Assembly (NCBI GenBank): GCA_964270895.1
Contig: OZ185438.1
From: Podarcis filfolensis
Lineage: Eukaryota
Length of the DNA: 64,000 bases
Reading direction: 5' to 3' (one strand)
A program made the translations under genes and the position numbers. The notes under the pieces are model-generated. The model saw nothing but the letters and a program-made list of their open reading frames with translations. It had not been told where the DNA came from and did not search any database. Below, piece after piece: positions 53,120-64,000 of this stretch (position 1 is the stretch's first letter; each line of letters starts with the position of its first letter).

Positions 53120-54719
53120 TATCTTGCATTTTGTGTTTGCCTCTGTCCATTATACCTTACAGGCTCTCTATGAAAACACACATTTCAAAGCACCTGTTTC
53201 AAGTAACTTTGCCCGCTACTCCCATCCTTCTTAACTCATCCGAAAGATAGTGACAAAATTGGATGTTTCAATTGTTCCTCCGCAAAATTTGCAGCAATGA
53301 TTTTAAGTTGTCATAGGTAGTGTTTTTCCAGAATGTCTGTGGAAGCTGATGAACAGCATTTCCGTAATTAATTCAGTAATCCACAGGACATTCTGTAAAG
53401 AAGTCAGGGAAGGAAGGTACTTTGGTTCAACATCAGGAGAGAAAACATATGCTAGGCATTTAAACTTGTACTTATGGGGATTTTTTTTCAAAAATCATAC
53501 ACGCAAATTAATATTCTCAATAATTTGGGAACTGGTGATTTTTTAAAAAAGGATGTTTGTAGCTTATGACTAGCTAAAAGGATTCTGGCGCTAAAATGCC
53601 AAAAATGTTGGGGACAGTCATGTTTTCAGGGTACTCCGCAATCAGGGTGCCATCACAGATAAGGCTCTATCCCATGTGACCTCCTGATGAATTTTCTCCT
53701 GTGATAGGGCACTGAAAAGAGGTCTGGACCTGAGGATCTTAGAAAGCTGAAAAAGGGAGAGTCACGCGTTCAGTTGAGTCCCAGATTATTGCATTTCCAT
53801 TGCTGTACCTGTGGCCCACAATATCTATGCAATTTCAGCTTAGTAATGTCCCAAATGCTGATTCAATGGGGCACTTTCTGCAGCACAAAGTATCACAAGG
53901 ACCTCATGTGATGTTTAAATTCAGACATAATCTGTATGTGATATAAGGCATGACCAAGGAGGAAAGGCAACCACACACAACAAAGTAATCCGTGAGCAAG
54001 GCCTCTTCTGAACCACATTGAGGAAGAACATGTTTAAGAACAAGCAGCAACATAAAAGAATTTGTCACGTCATAATACAAGCAAGCAACCCTTAAGAGAC
54101 TACTGGTGTCCTTGAAACTGACTCTATTTTAGATAGTCTATAAAATGAAGGGGGATGTAATAAATTAAGTATAATTAAGAGACTGTATCAATGTAATAAA
54201 ATACACCACAGGGTAGAATATAGGAGAAGAAAAATTAAAGACAGATAGTTGAGGCAAAGCTGAGGTATTCACTTGTAAAACAGGAGATATTAAAGCTGTG
54301 ACAGGATTATATGAATAGCTCTTTATCTTATCCCCAGTGTAAATCAAAGTCCCAAACCTTCAGACATTTTCCAGTCACAAATGAAACAAAAAAACAAGCC
54401 CATGCTGGATTCATCAATCTGAATGACACACTTTACAGGCCGCAAACAAGTGATTAAATAAATCAGCATGGGGTTGGCTGAGTTGAAGTGCAGTATAGAC
54501 ATGAAGACGTTTAGGCCTTAAAATAATGCCGAGGAATACGAAGAGAAAAAGCACAAACTTGTGTGATGCTCCCACACCATCCCACCACCTTTATCTTTAC
54601 TGCGTCAGACTCAGGAATATTTATAGTTGGAGAATCTGATTCAGTGGTCAGGAAACAAGGGTTGTATCCCATGCTGCCATTCCACTTGCGCAACAGAGTT
54701 TCCTCTTCCTATCCTTACA

Positions 54720-54992
54720 ATCATAGAATTGTAGAGTTGGAAGGGATCCTAAGAGCCATCTAGTACAACCCCTGAAATGCATGAATCTCAGCTAAATGGT
54801 CATCCAACCTCTGCGTAAAAACCTTCAAGGAATGAAAGTCTACAACCTCCTGAGGGAGACTGTTCCAACCGTCGAACAGCTCTTAGCGTCAGAAAGTTTT
54901 TTCCGGGTGTTTAGTCAGAATCTCCTTTCTTTTAACTTGAAGGTGTTGGTTTGAGTCCTACCCTCCAGAGCAGGAGAAAACAAGCTGTTCCT
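54720..54992 (-). mobile_element. CR1 LINE 3' end
   Basis: Tail atcatagaattgtagagttggaagggatcc...catctag and KNFLTLRAV-like coding remnant. Confidence 0.8.
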
Positions 54993-55734
54993 TTTTCCTT
55001 CCCCTGCATCTTCCCCATGCATCCTCATAGTCTGCTCCAGAGGGTTGGGGGGCTCTCCAGAGCTGATTTGGAGGGGCACAGGGAGCAGACGGGAAAGTTT
55101 CCTTGTGTGTCACTGATTTCTCAAGTAGCGTCTGGCCGAGATATAGAGCTCCTGGGGCATCGCCTTCCTTCCCTCTCATTTGAGTTTGTATCATAAACAT
55201 GCTTTGGAATCTTTACACAGCCGAAATGTTATGCCATACTTTGAGGTGCATACTGCCTAGTTGGACATCTTCCTATGAATGGCTGTAATCGGCCATCAGT
55301 TGTAACATTTTTTTTTTTCATAGCATGAAGCATTATGAAAAGGTCTTAGTAAACATATCACACACAAGTTGCAAAGCGGGCAAGCTTGTCTTCCTCTTCA
55401 GTGCTGAAGAGGATCATCAGATCAGAATCTTTTGAAAGCCAGTGACACTATGCCCCAGAAGTGTTGAGGGCATAGCAGCACATTTTGCAAATATCTTTCT
55501 ATGAACGGAGAAAAATACAAAAGTCCTTTTTTACTTTGAAATCTGGCCACCGGCCAAGGTTGAGGGTGCAGGCTGCTTGCAAACAGAGTGACCCCAAAAG
55601 CTGAACTGGAACGCTTTGCACAAAATGATAGCTACGAAGGGGCAGGGGTGGGAGAGGATAGTTCTGCTAGGTCACAAAAAAATGTTTTGAAAATTCTGGT
55701 TAATAAAGGAATATTATAAACCTGTGGGGTGGTA

Positions 55735-55788
55735 ATAATAATAATAATAGTACTTGTTGTTGTTGTTGTTGTTGTTGTTTGTTGTTGT
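55735..55788. repeat. (AAT)n followed by (GTT)n microsatellite
   Basis: Read directly from sequence. Confidence 0.9.
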
Positions 55789-57384
55789 CATTTATACCCC
55801 ACTATTTGGCTGGGGTACTATTGATCCCTAGTACAATTTGATGTAAAGGAACATGAATAATTTGTCTCTCATGAAATTAGATAAAATACTTATTTTTCAA
55901 CCCTTCCCCCCCCCCACAAAATGTTGTCAGAAAAGCATCATCAAATATTATGAGCAAATAATAAGTTTAAATAGCACTTGTTGGGAACACTCCAACCTCT
56001 AACACCTCAAGGCCTTGTAGTCAGAGAAGACACACTGCAGCTCATCTGAATGTACAGATGTGTACATCTGTAAAGGGGGGGAAAACAACCCCAGAAACGT
56101 TCTTCAGAATCTAACACCAAACGCTCTGAGTGCCTTTGTCAGTAAACCTTTAGGGAGGAAAGCTACTTTAACAGTCCCACAATTCTGCCAAATCTACATA
56201 TGCTGAATTATGTTCTGTGACATATCTGAGGAAAACAGGCTTCAAAAAGAAATCAGCAAATACAGTATTAAGGAATATAGTCCACTGGGTTGTGATTACT
56301 TGTATTAGCTAAACCCAGCTCTGCAGTTGTACTGACTTCATCTGCCCACAATGCTAAGCCAAACCACGGCTAAGTATAAATGAGCACATGTCCTGCTAGA
56401 CAGTTGTGGCCATTTCACTCCTCCCTGCTCCTATTACTCTGCCAAAGCATGGCTTAGTGTTAGGTGCAAACCCAGGCTCAGGCTTTGTTTCTCCCAAACA
56501 AACCATATATGGTAAACCGAGAATATTCTTGATCACAGCTTGGCCGTTTGGTTGGAGTGAATAAAACCATGAGCCCAAGTTCCCATGTGATGCCAAAACA
56601 TGGTTAGGCTCCTAGTAGTAAAGCAAGAGCAGAGGAGGAGCAAAGCTGCCATGATTTTCTAAACATGCAGCAGCATGTTTCTCCATTCATGTAAAGGTTA
56701 AGTTTCACTGAGCGCTATATTCGAACCAGTATGTAGCTACATTGAAAATGTAATCACATGGTCATGCTCACCTGACCTATCCTTTTTCTTTCCTGTCTGA
56801 GTTGCTTTTCATGTCCTCTGTAATATACTGGTCTTTGAATCACCTGCTGAAAACTCTGAAATCTATGCAAATGCAGTCACATACTTAATGCACGAGGGCA
56901 TCTTTCTGAGAAGTTAGCTCCATAATGCACGCAGTCATCAAAACTATTGGACTAAACTAGACTCGATAATAATACACCAAAGGGCAGAGAAGGGAAGGGA
57001 GATGAAATGAAGTACGATCTGAAATATTAGGGCGCCTGTCACATGTCAGTTATTCATTTATTAAAGAGAGTCTCTGTAGAAAACGCAAGACTTTTCAAAG
57101 GGAAAAGGAGCTCAGATCAAAAACCAAAGCAAAAAAAGTAAGAACTTTACATACCCCAAGTCTGATTATCCAAACCACACACATGCAAGCAAACAAAAAG
57201 GCTGCTTCTATATGAAGTGCATACTGAGCCATCATCTCAATTTGTTTTCAAAAAATTGCTGAGGTTATACAATGTCACTGTCAAATGGTTATTATGCTGC
57301 ATTTCCCACGGTAGTTTTCTGTCACTTTTTTTTAGCGCAGTGTCTGTTTTTTAAAAAAGATTTGCTGCATCCTGTTTTGCTATA

Positions 57385-57645
57385 CAGTGGTACCTCGGGT
57401 TACAAACGCTTCGGGTTACGCGTTTTCAGGTTGCGGACTGCGGGAAACCCGGAAGGACCAGAAAGGGTAACTTCCGGGTTTCGCAGTTCGCGCATGCGCA
57501 GATGCGCTAAATCACGCTTCACGCATGCGCAGAAGTGCCAAATCGCGTCACGCACGTGTGCAGATACAGCGCTGCAGGTTATGAACGCTGCGGGTTGCGG
57601 ACGTGCCTCTGTCACAGATTACGTCCGCAACCCGAGCTTCCACTG
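57385..57645. mobile_element. Tc1/mariner-type MITE (261 bp), CpG-rich, TIR related to the 242-bp family
   Basis: CAGTGGTACCTCGGGTTAC / GCAACCCGAGCTTCCACTG; TA at 57383-57384 and 57646-57647. Confidence 0.88.
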
Positions 57646-58433
57646 TAGTCATATTATTATTGTTTTGCAGTGTACCTGCTTCCTTTGCCTTTGGTTATGA
57701 AGGTGCAACCCTACTGCACAAAAGGCACCTACCAACATCTACCTGAATGTATGAAAAATCTGCATGAAAGAGTAACACTCCGGAAGTGCCAGGAGAGGGG
57801 CAGGTGTGTCTTTTTTACACTGTGTGTTTCCCCACCAACCTACTGACATCTGCATGTGAATGTTCTAACCGTATGGACTTTTGTTTATGCACATGAATTT
57901 GTGCTTACGTGCCCTTTAAGGGTAATTTCTCGTACCATCTTTTCATTGCTGAACATTCATGCTTGCGAAAGTAACACAAGCAAGTCAAACCTTTTTAATT
58001 AAAGGGCCAAACCATAACGTGACACCCCCAAGCTACAGCTCTGTATCTTTCCTACTTTCAGGGCAAGGAAGTAGCTGGGAGGATAGGAGTGGCTTTAGTA
58101 GAAAGGGACTTAAGGAGAAAATGTTAAGAAGCCAGCCCCCTTCCAGACTTGAACAAATTGCTGCACTTTGTCAGAGAAAACTGCATGCGACTGAGGTCAC
58201 AGAGGGTGTCACCCCTAGCATATCTGGACATGAATAGCATTAGATGGATTGCAGAGACAATGCTCCTAAAGCAATCTCCAACTGGAGGAAGAGTGCAAAA
58301 GATCTATCAAAGACAAGGACAGTCACCACATCAACAGCCCTTCGCCCTACACATTCACAAACTGTCTATTGCAAGTTCCTCCTAGATGATTTACAAGAAT
58401 CTAAAAATAGGCTTTGATAATAGATTTTAATCA

Positions 58434-58947
<514 letters not shown>

Positions 58948-60380
58948 TACATTTGTGGTAAAAAAAATAGGCAACAGCACTGTCTTAGAATGGAGAATTA
59001 ATATTTGGCCACGGGGACATCTGTCTGCTAGTGCAATGTGGGAAAGAGAATCTCTGAAAGGATTTGTCAAGATGGTCGCTGGAGTCACTGCAGTCAGAGG
59101 CTCTTGTGTTAAAATATTCTAAATCAGTGTTTCCAGGAACCCCTGTAACATGTTTCAGTATCTGGCAGAACCCCAACGCCCTCTGGCTCCCCCACAATCT
59201 CACAAAAGCAAAATCAGATAATAAGCAATTTATTTAACAAGTACAAAATTTTGCATAAGGATACTGACAAAACACGTTGGAAAACAATGTCTTAAATAAA
59301 CACTAGAGTTTTCTTCATAAGAAATTGGCACCTGTCCTTTATAACATCTTGTACAAGTCTAGTACGATACTTCATATGAACAAAGATAATTTCCCAGATG
59401 CTGAAATTCTTTGTAAACCCTGCAATTCAGATTTTGAAAGTGCAGATATTTGCGTTTTGAAGCTAAAATATGCAGAAGTGACCCAAAGTTACACAACAAA
59501 ATGGTCCCTGATACAAAGGAGTGCAGAATGTATTCATCAGAATGTATTCACCAGCTAAGATCATGACTACTCATCTCTAGCTGCCTATTTAATGGTAGCT
59601 CTGATACTGTGACAGGGATGAAACTTGCACACCTCAAATGCTCCTGGAGTTCTGATAACTTTATATTTTAGCTGTCTGGCAGAACTCTGTTGTATCAAGT
59701 TGATGTGGGGTAGATCGCAGTGAGTTTCTTATGCTAATCTGATGCTGGATCCTCCCTCTTCAATACCATCCTTGTATTCTGGGCCTTCATTTTCTTAAAT
59801 ATGCACATCACTGGCCCACACAGAAATATCACAGCAAGCATAAAGATTAGCTGACAGGTTATAAACGAGAAATAATGGTGAGCTGCACAGCTCCCAAGTG
59901 AGGAGCAGTCTGATCCCGTTCTCTGAGGAATTAGCTCTGGGAGCTAGGCTCTCTGTTTTCATTAAGAACCTGGGAACAATGTGCACTCTGCGTTATCAAA
60001 TTCACACATCACCATCCTCTGAAAGGAGCAATGGCTCAAGAGAATAGAGAGAAGCTCTGGAATGATCAGAAGAAGTTATCCCTCAGCAAATTGAGATTTA
60101 ATGTAGGGCAATACGCTGAAGGAGAACGAGAGGAAGTAAAGCTATTAACATGAGTCAGCTATTCAAGCAGTAGTAGTACTGAAACAAAAAGCAAGAAGAG
60201 ACAAGTAATACCAGACTGGGACAATCCTATTTCTTTTGCTGCTTTCATATGTTCCTCTCCATCCAAAGGAGGAGCAGGAACATTTTAGCACAGTGGTTCT
60301 CAAAAGGTCTGGCATGCCACATTAGTGTGGCAAGAGAGGATAGCAAGTGTAGTAGATTTGAGGACAAGTTTAGTGTAGCA

Positions 60381-60622
60381 CAGTGGTACCTTGGGTTAAG
60401 TACTTAATTCGTTCCGGAGGTCCGTTCTTAACCTGAAACTGTTCTTAACCTGAAGCACCACTTTAGCTAATGGGGCCTCCTGCTGCTGCCGCGCCGCCAG
60501 AGCACGATTTCTGTTCTCATCCTGAAGCAAAGTTCTTAACCTGAGGTAATATTTCTGGGTTAGCAGAGTCTGTAACCTGAAGTGTCTGTAACCTGAAGCG
60601 TATATAACCCGAGGTACCACTG
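60381..60622. mobile_element. Tc1/mariner MITE, 242 bp, copy 3
   Basis: Same family and orientation as 10903; right TA at 60623-60624, left flank reads CA. Confidence 0.9.
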
Positions 60623-60965
60623 TATAGTACATAGCATCAAAATATAAAATACATACAACCTGAAAAAGTATTTATGCCTTTCTTCAAGAGGATTAGCTAT
60701 TTTTTTAGTTCTCCACGACATATTGTTGTGAACGGGGATTTCCAACTCTGACAAATATGAAGGATCAAAAAGAGAAAGGCTTCTAATATAAACGAGATTA
60801 CCCGGCAAAACAAAGTTCACACCTCTCATTGAGTTTGCATACATACTTAAGGTGCATAGGTAAGAGGCTCGTTTATAATTATTTTTGGGAAGGATTCATG
60901 TCCTTATGCATCTCCATTGTTTTATATTTTATGGATGTCCCACAGCTGTGAGGTATGTTATAAAT

Positions 60966-61139
60966 CAGGGCTGTCCAACTCCCAAGAGACTGCGATCTAC
61001 TACCACTATAAAAAAACTGGCAGTGATCTACCCATTGGATTGACCAGAGTTGTTGGGGACTGCTTAATGCTTCATCAAGGTTGTTGAGCTTTTTTTTTGG
61101 GGGGGGGGGATCCTACGATCGACATGTTGGACAATGCTG
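60966..61139. mobile_element. hAT-type MITE, family of 4858-5051
   Basis: CAGGGCTGTCCAAC...GTTGGACAATGCTG; 8-bp TSD TTATAAAT (60958-60965) / TTATAAAG (61140-61147). Confidence 0.85.
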
Positions 61140-61268
61140 TTATAAAGCACAGCTAGGAGTAGTTTCTTTTTGCTTTCCAGCGTACTTCTTATCATTAAGA
61201 AACATTCAGTGTGGCCCAGAGGAAGAAGTTTGAGAACCACTGTTTTAGCATCACAGTAACCCTGTCTA

Positions 61269-61733
61269 GTAGGTCCGTATAGTAAAAGCTATGGTTTTCC
61301 CAGTAGTGATGTATGGAAGTGAGAGCTGGACCATAAAGAAGGCTGATCGCCGAAGAATTGATGCTTTTGAATTCTGGTGCTGGAGGAGACTCTTGAGAGT
61401 CCCATGGACTGCAGTTAGAACAAACCTATCTATTCTTAAGGAAATCAGCCCTGAGTGCCCACTGGAAGGACAGATCCTGAAGCTGAGGCTCCAATACTTT
61501 GGCCACCTCATGAGAAGAGAAGACTCCCTGGAAAAGACCCTGATGTTGGGAAAGATGGAGGGCAGAAGGAGAAGGGGACGACAGAGGACAAGATGGTTGG
61601 ACAGTGTTCTCGAAGCTACCAGCATGAGTTTGACCAAACTGCGGGAGGCAGTGGAAGACAGAAGTGCCTGGCGTGCTCTGGTCCTTGGGGTCACGAAGAG
61701 TCGGACACGACTAAATGACTAAACAACAACAAC
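61269..61733 (+). mobile_element. Bov-B LINE 3' end with uninterrupted ORF remnant
   Basis: 143-aa open RT C-terminus (61291-61722), (CAA)n tail, TSD AACCCTGT(C/T)TA (61258-61268 / 61734-61744). Confidence 0.95.
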
Positions 61734-61896
61734 AACCCTGTTTAAGGGAGTCTGAAAGCAATGATGACCCACCAAAGTCACATAGTAAAGTGCCTACTGA
61801 TACAGACGATAAGGCTTCACCGCAAAAGAGGAAATGTGATGCTGTACCTGGTTACGTTTCTTCTCATAAACTATTATAGGGGGGAGGGCAGCAGAA

Positions 61897-62008
61897 GAAT
61901 CATAGAATTGTAGTGTTGAACCCCCAGTAATTCAAGAATGTGCAGCTATCCCACATGGGGACTGAACCTGCAACCTTGGTGTTATCAGCACTATGCTCTA
62001 ACCAACTA
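61897..62008 (-). mobile_element. tRNA-Ile-headed, CR1-tailed SINE (second copy)
   Basis: Reverse complement ctagttggttagagcatagtgctgataacaccaaggttgcaggttcagtcccc...acaattctatgattc. Confidence 0.8.
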
Positions 62009-63329
62009 GTTCAGGGCTAGGTAGGATATAGGATATAGGAACATATCCTGCTTTGCATGTAAGAGAATCGGTGCAGTGCAGGAGACTAATACTGAAGAAA
62101 CCCAGTTTCAAATTCCTACTTGGCAATGAAGTTCTTAGGGTGACCTTGAGCCATTCACTACCTTACAAATACAAATACAATGCAGTACAAATACAATAGA
62201 GGAGGGGAGGCATTGTATGTTTCCCTGAGCACCTTGGAGAAATGTGGGAACGAATGTCCTAGTAATCAGCATCATGGATTTTTTGTTTTGTTTTAATCAC
62301 CATACTGTACCTATGGTTCTAGTCTTAGGTAAACTAATCAGGAAGTAAACCCCAGGAAAACCATTTTTATTTATATATATTTTGTCTGAATTTCACTTTA
62401 GGAAATTCTGTGCCTGGCGGTTTTGGATGTAGGGGGGCTACTTCCAAACAAGTTGGGATTTAGACTTTCCCTCCTAGATCCAAAACCACAAAGGGCAGAA
62501 TCTACGAAATAATCCCCCCCCCCATTACATAAATATGAAGAAGAGACGGGTTTTTTTATTTTGCAGCAAGGAAGCCTACTAAACAACAAAATAGTTGTGG
62601 GGGATGGTGGAGGCCAGTATAACAAAGGGCGAAATAGTATCTGCCTCAGAAGAAATGGAGTTAGATAAGTAATTATAACAACAGGATAATGAGTGTGAAG
62701 AATGCTTAGCAAGAAAGAGATTCAGAATCCTCTCAAGGGAAAGGGGAGGGGACCTGGCAGCGAAAATTAGGACAAACAGAAGCAACTAGAAAATGCAGCA
62801 CTCAATGTTGGTTTGGTTTGTTTGTTTTAATAGAAAAAATAAATCTTGTTAGCAGCTGAACAGTTGGTTCGACTCTTCTATCTTACTGACATAAAGATTC
62901 AGATTTTCACGGAGCCGATTTATGTTTGTTTTAAAATCAAAATGTTCTTGCTTTCAAGCTGGGGGAGGAACAGAGCACTTTCTCTTTTTCATATGTCCAG
63001 CAGTTGTTGCTGGTATGGCCTTATCTCAGCACAGTCACTTTTAAGTCATAGTGAAGAGAGCCTGCATCCAAAAGGATACTTAGAACAAGAGAATATACTT
63101 GCCAAAAGCTGAAGTAAAGGCCATTTGTCTATCGGCCAGGCCTCCACACCCTTGTTCCTCAACAAACCTTATAGCAACCTACAAGGGAAAGTGTCAATAA
63201 ACTCCTACTCCAACCCACCCGGCTCCTCCTGCAAAACAAGGAGTCGCCAAGCAAACGTAGGCCACAAATCATGGTGGGTGGGCTGTGTTTGGCTTCGCAG
63301 AGCAAGCAGATACTCTGTAACAAACACAA

Positions 63330-63967
63330 CGAAGTTTATAATTCAAAAAAATAAAATAGCCAAAAGAAACAGGGAAATCGAAAAGAACATTGTTCATGTA
63401 TGGGATAACAGCGGCCAGAATCTTAGTAGCTGGAAACTGGGAAAATACAGCCATACCTAACATGGCGGATTGGCAAATCCTAATGGTAGAATACCTGCAG
63501 CTAGCAAAGACAACAGGAAGGATAAGAGGCCAAACAAAACAAATAGTCTATAAGGATTGGAGAATTTTTAAAGAATACTTTAAAAATTATGGTATAAAAG
63601 GAAACTTCTTGGCAGAATTAGACTGAACCTTGCATTGTACAAATATAAGTTTGTAGGGAAGTTAACAGAAACTTATAAGAAATATGTAACTGTGCGGTAT
63701 AAGATAATCAACAGATAAAGTACAGCGAGACTAATTGGAAGTCATTTTTAATTTCTTGTTTTACAAGTTTTACAATCGTTCACATCATTGGGGGTATAAA
63801 TGATGTTAGTTATAAGAACTGTGCTGTTTCATACATTGCTACTGTCTGTTTGTCAATTTATAGTTTGTTTATTTGATTGTATGCATGTTTGTTGGTTGGT
63901 TTGTTTGCTTTCCTGGCATAAATATATCTATATTGCAAAAATAAATAAATAAAATAAAAGCAATAAA
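63330..63967 (+). mobile_element. L1-clade LINE 3' end (ORF2 C-terminus, 3' UTR, A-rich tail)
   Basis: MYGITAARILVAGNWENTAIPNMADW...W..F..Y resembles the squamate L1 ORF2 end; AT-rich UTR; (AAAT)n tail at about 63940-63967. 5' boundary approximate. Confidence 0.75.
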
Positions 63968-64000
63968 GTGGGCTGCACAAATAGAACCACCAGCCTTTCA

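Noticed and set aside
62847-63322. Possible LTR ending TGTAACA before the L1 fragment
   Set aside because: 5' boundary ambiguous and no TSD.

Overview
Vertebrate genomic DNA from a squamate reptile, probably a lacertid lizard (inferred from the Sauria SINE, Bov-B and other repeat families). The whole window lies inside the NALCN (sodium leak channel) gene on the minus strand. Five coding exons are present, equivalent to human exons 7-11: 58445-58599, 25600-25742, 25336-25440, 23985-24071 and 424-555. All have GT-AG boundaries and join in one open frame covering the domain I extracellular loop, pore helix/selectivity-filter Glu, S6, the I-II linker and domain II S1-S2. The rest is intron, rich in transposons (Sauria SINEs, SINE2/Squam2-like and tRNA-Ile/Asn-headed SINEs, Bov-B and other RTE, L2, CR1 and L1 fragments, solo LTRs, Tc1/mariner and hAT MITEs), plus one 147-N assembly gap. 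No new protein-coding system is visible; most ORF-track entries are chance or TE-derived. The best lead is a candidate TE-built RNA-processing module around the pore exons: two inverted SINEs share a 135-bp core with one mismatch and bracket exons 8-9 (circRNA/dsRNA-editing architecture), and the upstream SINE carries a complete cryptic 61-nt poison exon. Other leads: a perfect cryptic donor after exon 11, a duplicated branch point before exon 10, apparent fast evolution of the exon 7 loop, and a three-level nested insertion with all junctions readable. Exon numbering and human comparisons are from memory, not a database search.
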